Counted from the stretch's first letter, positions 29,264 through 39,167 are shown. The stretch is 64,000 nt of DNA from Geopsychrobacteraceae bacterium (GCA_963662315.1 OY759353.1:2976001-3040000), one strand, 5' to 3'. Made by a program: numbers and translations. Notes: generated from the sequence alone by a model not told the origin.

Positions 29264-31351
29264 ATGCTGAAAATTTCCAACCTCACCGCTCATTACGGCG
29301 CCGCCCAGGCCCTCTTCGGGGTTGACCTGGAAGTTGGCAAAGGTGAGACCATCGCCCTGGTAGGCGCCAATGGTGCGGGTAAAAGCACCTTGCTGAAATG
29401 TCTGATGGGACTGGTAAAACCGACGGGGGGGAAAATTACCCTCAATGGCAAAGACGTGACCGGCAGCAGCCCGGCCAAAATGGTGCGTCTCGGCCTGACC
29501 CTGTCCCCTGAAGGGCGCGAAGTTTTCGGCCACCTGAGCGTAATGGAAAACCTGCGTCTTGGGGCGATTCCGCTGAAGCTGTCAAAAACGGTCGAGGCCG
29601 AACGTATTCAGGAGGTATTTGAGCGCTTCCCAAAACTTGATGAACGTCGCGAGCAGCTGGCCGGAACCCTGTCCGGTGGTGAACAGCAGATGCTGGCCAT
29701 GGGGCGGGCCATGATGGCCAAGCCTGAGCTGCTGCTGCTTGACGAGCCAAGCCTGGGGCTGGCCCCGCTGATTACCGACGAAATCTTCGCCATCATCCGC
29801 CAGCTGGCCCGTTCCGGCACCACGATCCTGATTGTTGAACAGAACGCTGCCCGTGCCCTGTCCGCATCGGACAAGGCTTATCTGCTGGCCAACGGTAAAG
29901 TGATTGAAAAGGGGGAAAGCTCCCACCTGCTCAACGATCCCATTTTGCGTTCCGCCTTTTTAGGCGCCGCCAGCAGTGAAAATGCTGCCGCCAGTCGCCT
30001 GGGAGCGGCCGGTCTGACTAATATTCGTCTGGAGAAACCTGCCATGCAACAGCAAAACTTTATGCCGAAATTTACCAAAGAAGAAGAATTGCATGATCAT
30101 CAGCTCAAAGGGCTTAAGTGGACTGTCAACCATGCCTACGAAGGCTCCAGTGTTTATCGTGAAAAGCTTGACGCTGCGGGAGTGACTCCCGACAGCATTA
30201 CCTCGCTTGTCGATCTGCAGCGCCTTCCCTTTACCAGCGCCGACGACTTGCGCGATGGTTATCCGTTCCCCCTGCGCGCCGTCCCCTATGAGCAGATCGT
30301 GCGGATTCACGCCTCTTCGGGAACGACCGGTAAGCGCAAAGTGCTCTGCTATACCCAGAAGGATCTTGATGACTGGACCGATTTTTTTGCGCGCTGTTAC
30401 CAGATGGCGGGAGTAACCCCCCTTGACCGGGTGCAGATCGCTGTCGGCTACGGTGTCTGGACTGCTGGCATGGGTTTTCAGCTCGGGTGTGAAAAAATCG
30501 GTGCCCTGGCGGTTCCCATTGGTCCCGGCAATATCAATCTGCAGATCCAGTTCCTCCTCGATTTTCAGTCGACAGTGTTCTGTTCCACCGCATCCATGGC
30601 CCTGCTCATGGCAGAGGAAATTCATAAGCGTGGTATTGCGGATAAGATTGCTGTCAAAAAAATTATTTACGGCTCCGAGCGCTCCAGCCGCTCAATGCGT
30701 CAGAAAATATCCGAGCTGTTTGGTGGTGCGGAACTGTTTGACATTACCGGCCTGACCGAACTGTACGGACCGGGCACCGGTATCGAATGTCCGGAACATG
30801 ACTGTATTCATTACTGGGGAGATTATTACATCCTCGAAATTCTTGATCCGGACACCTTAAAACCGGTTCCCGAAGGAGAATGGGGTGAAATGGTCGTCAC
30901 CTCGCTATGTAAAGAAGGGGTCCCTCTGATCCGCTATCGCACTCATGACATCACCCGGATCATTCCTGGCCGCTGCAGCTGCGGCAGTATTCTCCCGCGC
31001 CATTCACGCATCAAGGGGCGCAGTGACGATACCATCAAGTTCCGAGGTGTCAATATCTACCCCAGCAGTATCGATACCATCCTGTCGAGCGTTCCTGGCA
31101 TCGGCTCCGAATATCAGATTCACCTGACCCGGGATAATGCCGGTCGTGATCATATGCGCCTGGTTGTCGAGCGGGGTGAAGGGGTCAACGCCGGAAGAAC
31201 ACCGGAACTGGTTCATGAGATTGGCCATCAGATCAAAAAACAACTACTGGTATCCATCGACACCGAACTGGTCGACTATTCCAGCCTGCCGCGCTCTGAG
31301 AAGAAGAGCCAGCGGGTCTTCGATAACCGCATTCAGGATGAGATTGTCTGA
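29264..31351 (+). CDS. In-frame fusion: LivF-like ABC ATPase (aa ~1-235) + phenylacetate-CoA ligase (PaaK family, from aa ~261)
   Basis: GANGAGKS, LSGGEQQMLAMGRA, DEPSLGLAP, then IHASSGTTG, GLTELYGPG, PLIRYRTHD, GRSDDTIKFRGVNIYP; no stop codon between the two halves. Confidence 0.9.
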   Translation: MLKISNLTAHYGAAQALFGVDLEVGKGETIALVGANGAGKSTLLKCLMGLVKPTGGKITLNGKDVTGSSPAKMVRLGLTLSPEGREVFGHLSVMENLRLGAIPLKLSKTVEAERIQEVFERFPKLDERREQLAGTLSGGEQQMLAMGRAMMAKPELLLLDEPSLGLAPLITDEIFAIIRQLARSGTTILIVEQNAARALSASDKAYLLANGKVIEKGESSHLLNDPILRSAFLGAASSENAAASRLGAAGLTNIRLEKPAMQQQNFMPKFTKEEELHDHQLKGLKWTVNHAYEGSSVYREKLDAAGVTPDSITSLVDLQRLPFTSADDLRDGYPFPLRAVPYEQIVRIHASSGTTGKRKVLCYTQKDLDDWTDFFARCYQMAGVTPLDRVQIAVGYGVWTAGMGFQLGCEKIGALAVPIGPGNINLQIQFLLDFQSTVFCSTASMALLMAEEIHKRGIADKIAVKKIIYGSERSSRSMRQKISELFGGAELFDITGLTELYGPGTGIECPEHDCIHYWGDYYILEILDPDTLKPVPEGEWGEMVVTSLCKEGVPLIRYRTHDITRIIPGRCSCGSILPRHSRIKGRSDDTIKFRGVNIYPSSIDTILSSVPGIGSEYQIHLTRDNAGRDHMRLVVERGEGVNAGRTPELVHEIGHQIKKQLLVSIDTELVDYSSLPRSEKKSQRVFDNRIQDEIV

Positions 31352-31491
31352 TTAGGGGCTAAGCTCTCTACTAAATCATTAGCCTCTCGGCCATACGGCG
31401 GCATTTGTCCTAATCGGCCATGTCGCCGTTGTCTTGTTCTCAGTAATACCTTGACAGCCCCCATCAAAAAAACTTTACTTTATCAACCAAT

Positions 31492-31507
31492 CGGCATAGG
31501 TTTTGCT
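31492..31507 (+). promoter_or_regulatory. Candidate sigma54 (-24/-12) promoter for the TetR gene
   Basis: CGGCATAGGTTTTGCT, GG-N10-GC spacing. Confidence 0.6.
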
Positions 31508-31642
31508 CATTCATACGGACATATAGCCCCTCTAAAAAGGAATATTTTTTCTTTCTTTAGATAAATGGCTGTAATTTCAAACTGTTATTTAATATTTGCA
31601 GATAATTATGATTAAACAGAAGATTGAGAGACGTGTATCAAA

Positions 31643-32239
31643 ATGAAAAAAAGGGTTATCAATCCGGAAGAGAAAATTGAGCAAGTGATTAAAACGGCCC
31701 GCCGCTTATTTCTGGAAAAGGGTTTTCACGCCGTAACTATCCCCGATATTGTCAAAGCTTCCGGTGTTAGCGTAGGAGCCATTTATCTGCACTTTACCAA
31801 CAAGGAACGCTTGGCAACCATAGTCTACCAACAGACCAACCAGAAATTCATGGATTACCTGGATGAGAAGTTGCAGGGACTGCCAGGTGGAGAGCAGGGA
31901 ATCCGCGAGGCTTTCTATCGTACCGCAGAACTGATTTTCGAGCTGACGGAAACAGACCCGGAAATCATTAATTACCTGTTGGCCGGCCGGCAGAACAATT
32001 CACCGGGATCCTGTCCGTTTCACTCAACGGTGTTTTTCCAACGCCTTAAAAAACAGGTTGGCGAAGGGATTGCCAGCGGTGAAATTCGCCCTGGCAACCA
32101 CTTTTTAAGTGCTTCAGCCTATTGCGGCGTCATTTTGCAAGCGGTCGAGTTACGTCTGAATGGCCAGCTCATTCAACCCTTGCCGGAGATTGCCGGAGAA
32201 GTCTTTGAGCATGCCTGGTCGAGTATCAAAGCGGCCTGA
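31643..32239 (+). CDS. TetR/AcrR family regulator
   Basis: ARRLFLEKGFHAVTIPDIVKASGVSVGAIYLHFTNKE. Confidence 0.92.
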   Translation: MKKRVINPEEKIEQVIKTARRLFLEKGFHAVTIPDIVKASGVSVGAIYLHFTNKERLATIVYQQTNQKFMDYLDEKLQGLPGGEQGIREAFYRTAELIFELTETDPEIINYLLAGRQNNSPGSCPFHSTVFFQRLKKQVGEGIASGEIRPGNHFLSASAYCGVILQAVELRLNGQLIQPLPEIAGEVFEHAWSSIKAA

Positions 32240-32284
32240 TTCAACCTTCTGACCAGTCAGAACCTTGATACTGGCCGGTGTTTA

Positions 32285-33013
32285 TCATGTCTCTCGCTGC
32301 TGCTCTTCAACAAACCGGGTAAAACGTCGGTAAAGCGCCGCTGCCTCTGGAGTGTCTCTTACCGCGTTGATAATGGCCTGGGGATCACGTCCCCGATCCC
32401 GCAAGGAATCGGCCTGTTCCTCGATATATGAAATCATGATTTCAGCGCTATATTCAGGGTGAAACTGAACCCCCCAGGCACATTTACCGAGGCGAAAGGC
32501 ATGGTTCGGTTCGAAACTGTTTTCAGCCAACCGTATCGCCGTCACCGGAAGGGATAAAACCGACTGAGAGTGCGTTGTCTGCGCATAAAATTCAGCTGGA
32601 AGGTCATTACACAAAGGATCGTTGTCACTGTCTGACAGACGTTTGATCCGTTCCGTACCAATCTCCTGCCCCAAGGGATGATAGCCGACCTCACCGCCGG
32701 TTGCCTGGGCCAATAACTGATGGCCATAGCAGACCCCCAGAAAAGGTATATCATTGGCGACCAGTTCCATAATCCAGTGCTCCAGCCGGACACTCCACAA
32801 TAAGCGATCGGTGACCATCGCATGGGCTCCGGTCACTGTTACTCCGGCACAGTCCTGCCAGCGCGGAAGTTCCTCCATCCGATTGACATCGATAACTTCC
32901 AGGGGAAGGTGAGTTGCTCCGAGTGCGGCAATCGTCCAGGCATCGAAATCGCCAAATTGTTTTTGTGTAGCCGGGAATGTCGTTCCGGTTTTTACAATGT
33001 AGAGTTTTTTCAT
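32285..33013 (-). CDS. Class I glutamine amidotransferase
   Basis: LGVCYGHQLLA nucleophile elbow; QFHPE. Confidence 0.88.
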   Translation of the reverse strand: MKKLYIVKTGTTFPATQKQFGDFDAWTIAALGATHLPLEVIDVNRMEELPRWQDCAGVTVTGAHAMVTDRLLWSVRLEHWIMELVANDIPFLGVCYGHQLLAQATGGEVGYHPLGQEIGTERIKRLSDSDNDPLCNDLPAEFYAQTTHSQSVLSLPVTAIRLAENSFEPNHAFRLGKCAWGVQFHPEYSAEIMISYIEEQADSLRDRGRDPQAIINAVRDTPEAAALYRRFTRFVEEQQRET

Positions 33014-33114
33014 GACGTGGCTCGCTGATATCCCGATATTTTAAACTGCTTTTCTCAAATTAAGACAACCGCAGAGAAGCGCTCGCTTAACAAATGGATC
33101 CGCTCCCTGACACA

Positions 33115-33975
33115 TTACTTAACCACCTTGTAAACAGCGACAATGTCCTCATTGGCATAACCCGCCTTCCGGGCCTGCTTGAAGGTCTCATTGGCCGCTG
33201 CAGCGGTGGGTAACGGTTGGCCCAGCTGATCACCAAGAGCAATAGCCAGGCGCATATCCTTCTGCATATGCTTTAGGGGAAAGCTGGTTGCGTAATTTTC
33301 TTTCAGCAGCATGGTACCCTTGCCCTGGAACATGGGATTCGCCATGGCTCCAGCGGCCAGTATTTCAAGCAACTGCTCGCCATCCAGACCACTTTTCTGC
33401 CCCAGGGACATGCCCTCACAAAAGGCCGTCAACATACTGCCCATGATCATATTGACCACCAACTTCATATTCGCGCCCTGCCCCACATCGCCGAGATAAG
33501 GCGCCATCTTCCCCATCACCTCAAAAGCAGGAAGGGCCTCCTGATACAGACTTTTATCGCCAGCCGCAAGAATAATCAGGGTCCCGTCTTCAGCCGGCTT
33601 CTTGGTTCCGGATACGGGAGCTTCCAGGAAACGGCCACCAGCCGCAGATACCGCAGCGGCAATCTGGCGCGAAGTCACACCATCAACGGTCGACATATCG
33701 ACATAACCGCGTCCCTCGCCAATCCCGCTGGCGACCCCGTTTGCCCCGCAGCACACCTCAAGAGCGGCCAGGGGATCTGAAACCATGGCAAAGGTGATCG
33801 CACAACTGGCGGCAACCTCCGCCGGGCTATTCAGCTGTTTTGCTCCCTGAGCCACCAAAGACTGACATTTATCAGGATTGCGGTTCCAGACACAAACGTC
33901 AAAACCTGCTTTAAGCAGGTTGCTTGCCATCGCATGTCCCATAATACCAAGGCCAAGAAAACCAAATACTGCCAT
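33115..33975 (-). CDS. Beta-hydroxyacid dehydrogenase (glyoxylate/succinic semialdehyde reductase type)
   Basis: GLGIMG, DMSTVD, EAPVSG, MKLVVN, FPLKHMQKDMRLA. Confidence 0.88.
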   Translation of the reverse strand: MAVFGFLGLGIMGHAMASNLLKAGFDVCVWNRNPDKCQSLVAQGAKQLNSPAEVAASCAITFAMVSDPLAALEVCCGANGVASGIGEGRGYVDMSTVDGVTSRQIAAAVSAAGGRFLEAPVSGTKKPAEDGTLIILAAGDKSLYQEALPAFEVMGKMAPYLGDVGQGANMKLVVNMIMGSMLTAFCEGMSLGQKSGLDGEQLLEILAAGAMANPMFQGKGTMLLKENYATSFPLKHMQKDMRLAIALGDQLGQPLPTAAAANETFKQARKAGYANEDIVAVYKVVK

Positions 33976-34022
33976 TACAAAAACTCCTGTCTCTTTTACC
34001 GGGCTAAACTGAAAACAAGCAT

Positions 34023-34292
34023 TTAACGCTTCCAGCGTTTTTCCAAGGGGCTCTTGCTCGCCGGCGATAAGTCCGCGCGAATCGCTTCAACACTCCGGGA
34101 ATAAATCAACTCCCGCCCCATGATACTACCAGCATAGGCGCGTTGATTGCGGGTCGGCTCCAGCTTGCATTTACTCGCATGAGGTCCGTCTCCAACCAGA
34201 ACCCAGATAGCTTCAGGACTGACACTGGTAACGGTAACTTCGATGATCTGACCTGACTCGGTTTCAACTTTGATTTTGTCATGTTTTTGCAT
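34023..34292 (-). CDS. Hypothetical protein (89 aa)
   Basis: ORF with AGGAG RBS; YAGSIMGRELIY motif. Confidence 0.7.
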   Translation of the reverse strand: MQKHDKIKVETESGQIIEVTVTSVSPEAIWVLVGDGPHASKCKLEPTRNQRAYAGSIMGRELIYSRSVEAIRADLSPASKSPLEKRWKR

Positions 34293-34547
34293 CGGCAGGC
34301 TCCTATAATAGTTAAGTTGTGCGCCTCTACATCATATTAGATTCATCACGTTATGACACAAAAATACCACACCCTTATTTCTTCTTGCAGGGCAGAATAT
34401 GTTCCCAATCCCCCCACAGTAGTGATTTTCTTACTTTATCTCATGATAACATTTGATTTTAAGTGCTTTTCCCGCAATACTTTATACCTTATTTCACGCA
34501 TGGAATAGTTTTTCTGGCATGTATTTTCCTAACAAAAGGGAGTCTTT

Positions 34548-35699
34548 ATGAAGCGTCTCATTATTTGTCTTCTCTGCCTTCTGCTGATGGCACCTGCGGT
34601 CATGGCCGCAGATACCATTAAGCTGGGAGCTTTCTTTGATCTGTCCGGTCGTGCCTCCTTTATTGGCACCCCCACCAAACTGGTTGCTGAAATGGTTGTC
34701 GCCAAAATCAACGCCGAAGGGGGTATCAACGGCAAAAAACTCGAACTGGAAATAGGTGATACCGAGGGCGATCCGGCTAAAGCGGCGTCCATTGCCAAAA
34801 AATTCATTTATAAAGACGGCGTTGTCGCCATTATTGGCCCCACCCTGACTGATACCGGGATGAATATCAAAAAAATTGCCGACAAAGCCGAAATCCCCGT
34901 CGTTATGACAGTCGGTGGCGACCCGGTTATCATGGGTGGCAAGTTCGGCTCTTTCAAGTGGATCTTCAAATCTCCTCAACGTTCGCAAACAGCTGTTGAA
35001 AGACTGTTTATGTATCTGCAGGAAAAAGGGCTGACCAAAGTTGCCCTGCTGGCCGGTACTGATGGTTTTGGAAAAGATGGCGCCCGCTGGATGAAACAGC
35101 TTGCTCCCCAATACGGTATTGAACTGCTTGCCGAAGAATCATTTGGCAACCGCGACACCGATATGACCTCGCAGCTGACCAAAGTCAAAAACAGCAATCC
35201 TCAGGCAATTATCGCCTGGACCACCGGCCCCGCAGGCTCTATTATCGCCAAAAACAAGGTACAGCTCGGCATCGACCTGCCCCTGTTCCAGTGCCATGGC
35301 CTGCCCGACCCCAAATATATTGAACTGGCCGGCCCCGCCAGTGAAGGCGACCGTATGCCGGCGACCAAGCTGATGGTTGCTGCCGAATTGCCTGACAACG
35401 ACCCCCAGAAACCGGTTATTCAGGAATTTATCAAGCTTTACACTCAAAACGGCTATGACAAGCAGTTCCCGATCAATACCCATTCCGGTTATGCCTGGGA
35501 CGCTATCATGATCATTGCCAATGCCATGAAAAAAGTCGGCACCGCCCCTGAAGCGCTGCGCGCCGAAATTGAAAATACCAAAAATTATATCGGTATATCC
35601 GGTACTTATAATCTCACGGCAGAAGACCACAATGGTCTCAATACCAGCTCCATGGTCATGGTTCAGGTTAAAAACGGTAAGTTTGTCTTAGCCGAGTAA
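34548..35699 (+). CDS. LivK-type ABC substrate-binding protein
   Basis: Signal peptide, IKLGAFFDLSG, INAEGGINGKKLEL, DTDMTSQLTKVK. Confidence 0.9.
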   Translation: MKRLIICLLCLLLMAPAVMAADTIKLGAFFDLSGRASFIGTPTKLVAEMVVAKINAEGGINGKKLELEIGDTEGDPAKAASIAKKFIYKDGVVAIIGPTLTDTGMNIKKIADKAEIPVVMTVGGDPVIMGGKFGSFKWIFKSPQRSQTAVERLFMYLQEKGLTKVALLAGTDGFGKDGARWMKQLAPQYGIELLAEESFGNRDTDMTSQLTKVKNSNPQAIIAWTTGPAGSIIAKNKVQLGIDLPLFQCHGLPDPKYIELAGPASEGDRMPATKLMVAAELPDNDPQKPVIQEFIKLYTQNGYDKQFPINTHSGYAWDAIMIIANAMKKVGTAPEALRAEIENTKNYIGISGTYNLTAEDHNGLNTSSMVMVQVKNGKFVLAE

Positions 35700-35720
35700 G
35701 CACTTTCTGACCTGAGAATG

Positions 35721-35756
35721 AAAATCCCGAAGCAGCAAGGCGGCTTCGGGATTTTT
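35721..35756 (+). terminator. Intrinsic terminator
   Basis: AAAATCCCGAAGC...GCTTCGGGATTTT. Confidence 0.75.
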
Positions 35757-35839
35757 ATGATATTTAAAATCCAGTTTGCAGAACTGAATATGTACATGAT
35801 TATGGCACTTGATTGCACTTAAACAGGAGGACTAAACTC

Positions 35840-36055
35840 ATGTCCACACGCAAAATCGCAAAAGACCTCGAACTCAAACCAGAAGATCTTGAGGGGTTTG
35901 ACCTAAAGGATTTAAAATGCCACGCTTGCAGCGGCTACGGTAGTTGTGGTTATCGGTCCTATAAATTGTTGGCCGGAAAACCGGTACTTATATGCCAGCT
36001 CCGTAAACAGAAACTTATTGAAGAACGCGACCAACAGAAAACAGCAGCAGAGTGA
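35840..36055 (+). CDS. Small Cys-rich hypothetical protein (71 aa)
   Basis: AGGAGG RBS; CHACSGYGSCG...IC. Confidence 0.75.
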   Translation: MSTRKIAKDLELKPEDLEGFDLKDLKCHACSGYGSCGYRSYKLLAGKPVLICQLRKQKLIEERDQQKTAAE

Positions 36056-36123
36056 CTTGCCCCTGCAATTTAACGCGTTGGCAGCCAGAAAATCCGGAGG
36101 TCAAATATGAGTCACTCATCGCA

Positions 36124-36579
36124 TTACTTTAAACTGACCTGCCCTTCCCGGTTGATCCTGATTTTAGGTAGCAGACGACCAATATCAAGGGCCGCATCAA
36201 CACGGTACAATACCGTTTCCCGGGGGCGTCGCATCAGATCCTGAAACAGGTTGAAGGTCCCCAGCAGATCCGGTTGTCCCTGCAGGATAATGTCACCACT
36301 CCCATAGCCTTTGATCACTGGCAGATCATTGGCAACACCACTGAAAACCTGATGCCCTTCCAGCTCAACCTGATAGGTCAATCCCACCAGATTCAGAGCC
36401 ACAGCATTCGGATTGCTGACATGAAGGCCAATTTCAAAGGTTGGGACAATACTGCGCCCCGGAAGCATACGAAAACTGGATACAATGACCGTCGGCGTTT
36501 CAAAAGTTGGTAACAGAGTCGCACATCCGCCAAGGCACACAGTGAGCAGTAAAACAGCTATAAATTTTAGGCACCGCAT
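36124..36579 (-). CDS. LEA type 2 (WHy domain) lipoprotein
   Basis: Lipobox LGGC; VSNPNAVAL motif. Confidence 0.8.
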   Translation of the reverse strand: MRCLKFIAVLLLTVCLGGCATLLPTFETPTVIVSSFRMLPGRSIVPTFEIGLHVSNPNAVALNLVGLTYQVELEGHQVFSGVANDLPVIKGYGSGDIILQGQPDLLGTFNLFQDLMRRPRETVLYRVDAALDIGRLLPKIRINREGQVSLK

Positions 36580-36603
36580 AAAACCTCCCCGGTCAGAATA
36601 TCA

Positions 36604-37485
36604 TCAATAAGCCTTGCGCAAGTGGATCTCAAGGCGTGCTGCAAGCCATGAACAACTGTAGGTCAGGATAAAGTAGAGCAAGGTCACGGTCAGCCAGACT
36701 TCAAAGGTCAAGTAAGTCGCGGCCATTAACTCCATCCCCTGAAAAGTCAGCTCCTGGATAGAGATAACCGAAACGATTGCCGAATCCTTGATCGTAGAAA
36801 TAGCCTGCCCGGCCAGGGGTGGAACGATCCGCTGAAACGCCTGGGGCAGAACGACATGCTGCAGTACTTGCCTACGCCGCATTCCCAGCGCTCTGGCGGC
36901 CTGCCACTGTCCTTCATCAATACTGTTAATACCGGCTCGGGCGATTTCAGCTATATAAGCAGCTTCAAACAGAGCCAGGGTGAACACCGCGGCGATAAAC
37001 GCTTCTATCTGATCGGGAGCGGCCAGAAACCAGTAACAAAACTGTTGGAGTAGCGCGGGAGCTCCCTGTAAGTGGTCTCCAAGGGCCAGTACAGGCAGAA
37101 TTTTGTCACTGATGAAGTAGTAAAAAATAAACATCAGGACCAGCGGCGGCAGGTTACGCAGCAGGGTCACATAAGTACCACCGAGTAGCCGATTGAACAG
37201 TTGCTGACTGATGCGCAACAAACCACACAGCAGCCCCAGCGGCAAAGCCAGTAGCAGGCTCCAGAAACTCAAGCGCATGGTGGTCAGCAGCCCTTGCACC
37301 AGCAGATTGGCCACCCACCCCCGTTCATCGTCATAACGAAATAAGTATTGAGGAATGACCGACCAGTGCCACTGGTATTCGAGACTGTTGGTAACCCGGT
37401 AGCCCAAGAAGGCAATGGCTCCGATCACCAGTGCCAAGAGTATGGTGTCGATCGGTTTCCAGCGTATGGACGTTGAATTGGACAA
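36604..37485 (-). CDS. Polar amino acid ABC permease
   Basis: RNLPPLV, AYIAEIARAG, GQWQAARALGM, IKDSAIVSVI. Confidence 0.9.
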   Translation of the reverse strand: MSNSTSIRWKPIDTILLALVIGAIAFLGYRVTNSLEYQWHWSVIPQYLFRYDDERGWVANLLVQGLLTTMRLSFWSLLLALPLGLLCGLLRISQQLFNRLLGGTYVTLLRNLPPLVLMFIFYYFISDKILPVLALGDHLQGAPALLQQFCYWFLAAPDQIEAFIAAVFTLALFEAAYIAEIARAGINSIDEGQWQAARALGMRRRQVLQHVVLPQAFQRIVPPLAGQAISTIKDSAIVSVISIQELTFQGMELMAATYLTFEVWLTVTLLYFILTYSCSWLAARLEIHLRKAY

Positions 37486-37517
37486 TGTTATGGCTCGACC
37501 TTGAAAAACTTATTTTC

Positions 37518-37589
37518 ACCGCAAAGACGCGAAGTTCGCTAAGAAAGCCCTTGATAAAACTTCCTCTGCGTTCTTTGCGTCTTTGCAGT
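37518..37589. repeat. REP-like long inverted repeat between the SBP and permease genes
   Basis: ACCGCAAAGACGCGAAG (37518-37534) / CTTTGCGTCTTTGCAGT (37573-37589), 15/17 complementary. Confidence 0.7.
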
Positions 37590-37595
37590 AATCAA

Positions 37596-38402
37596 TCACT
37601 CAACCTGATCTTTCCAGTCCTGGGTGGTGAACCAGTAGTCATAACGTTGCTGCAGCCATCCGGCAGCATTCTTATCGGCAATCCATTTATTCAGATAATT
37701 CAGAAATTCAGCATCATTTTTGCGCACAGCAAAGCCGATCGGCTCTTTGGTGAAAGTTTTTCCCGCCAGGGGCAGGTACAGCTTGGTGCTGTATTTCAAC
37801 GACTGGAATTCCGGAAACGGTTGCGATGACACCATGGCGGCAGCACGGTTGTTGAGTACTTCCTGCAAAGCCTGTCCTTCATCATCGAACAGACGCAGCT
37901 GGGCTTTGGGCAGATGTTCTTTAACGGCAGCGGCAGCGGTGGTACCGATGCGGGCCACGATAGTCAGCTCCGGATTATTGAAAGCGTCCAGGCCGGTACG
38001 CCCCGCGGCAACCTTACTGTTGGCGACGATCGACATACCGGAAAATTCGTAGGGATCACTGAAGTCAACTTTAAGCAAACGTTCTTCGGTAATGCCCATG
38101 CCCCCGATGATGATATCAAACTTACCCGTCAGTAGAGCCGGAATAATCCCGGACCACTTGGTCGGCACGAACTGGGCTTCTACCCCCATATCTGCTGCCA
38201 GCTGCTTGGCGACTTCAATTTCAAAACCGGTATATCCCCCTTTTTTATCTTTCATGGCCCAGGGGACAAAGGTGGAAAATCCGATACGTAACTTATTTTT
38301 TGCCTGGATTTGGGTGAGCGTGCTTTGTGTGCTGTCACTTGCCATAACCGGTGCGGCAAAAAGCACCATCAGCAGCAGTGTTGCCATAGCTTTCATTTTC
38401 AT
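37596..38402 (-). CDS. Polar amino acid ABC substrate-binding protein
   Basis: Signal peptide, GFEIEVAKQLA, WSGIIPALLTGKFDII, VDFSDPY. Confidence 0.92.
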   Translation of the reverse strand: MKMKAMATLLLMVLFAAPVMASDSTQSTLTQIQAKNKLRIGFSTFVPWAMKDKKGGYTGFEIEVAKQLAADMGVEAQFVPTKWSGIIPALLTGKFDIIIGGMGITEERLLKVDFSDPYEFSGMSIVANSKVAAGRTGLDAFNNPELTIVARIGTTAAAAVKEHLPKAQLRLFDDEGQALQEVLNNRAAAMVSSQPFPEFQSLKYSTKLYLPLAGKTFTKEPIGFAVRKNDAEFLNYLNKWIADKNAAGWLQQRYDYWFTTQDWKDQVE

Positions 38403-38423
38403 TACAAGCTCCTCTTTTCAGGG

Positions 38424-39167
38424 TCAAAATTCATGAACGTTCAGCCAATATTCCAAATATTTTACCAGAATTGATAGGAACATGGTGACGGCAAGATAAA
38501 TTGCCGCAACGGTAAACCAGATTTCAAAGGTCAGAAAGGTTTCAGCAATGATCTGCTGCCCCTGCATGGTCAGATCATAAATGGCAATGGTTGAGACCAG
38601 AGCGGAATCCTTGATCAGGGAGATGGCCTGACTGGTCAAAGGGGGAATCATCTGCCGTAACGCCTGAGGCAGAATGATGAAACGGTAAGCCTGTGGGCGG
38701 TTCAGGCCAAGGGAAGCGGCTGCCTCCCACTGTCCTGCCGGAATAGCGAGAATCCCGGCACGCATAATTTCTGAGGCATAGGCTCCTTCAAACAGGCTCA
38801 GTGCAATCACCGCAGAGGAAAATCGGCCCAGATCAAGAATCGGTGCCAGTACAAAATAGAGGACAAAAATCTGAATCAGCAGTGGCGTGTTGCGGATCAG
38901 TTCCAGATAAACCCTGGCGATAAGTCGGGCCATAATACTGTCTGACAGACGCATTAACGCTGTGCACAAACCGATGATCAGGGACAACCCCAGACTCAGA
39001 AGGCTGATTTCAAGGGTCAGCCACAGCCCCTGCAGTAGAGGACCGGGCTGAAAATGTGACCCCTTCGTGGTCACCAGATAGCCGGTAACCCGCTCCCACT
39101 GCCAGTTGTAACCAAGGTTTTCCGCTCCTTGCAGCAATAACTGGACACACCATGCCACCACCATCAC
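38424..39167 (-). CDS. Polar amino acid ABC permease (true start may be upstream at 39230)
   Basis: RNTPLLIQ, AYASEIMRAG, GQWEAAASLG, IKDSALVSTI. Confidence 0.9.
   Translation of the reverse strand: MMVVAWCVQLLLQGAENLGYNWQWERVTGYLVTTKGSHFQPGPLLQGLWLTLEISLLSLGLSLIIGLCTALMRLSDSIMARLIARVYLELIRNTPLLIQIFVLYFVLAPILDLGRFSSAVIALSLFEGAYASEIMRAGILAIPAGQWEAAASLGLNRPQAYRFIILPQALRQMIPPLTSQAISLIKDSALVSTIAIYDLTMQGQQIIAETFLTFEIWFTVAAIYLAVTMFLSILVKYLEYWLNVHEF

Noticed and set aside
35803..35817. sigma54-like TGGCACTTGATTGCA upstream of the small Cys protein
   Set aside because: GG-to-GC spacing is 9 nt, not the required 10.
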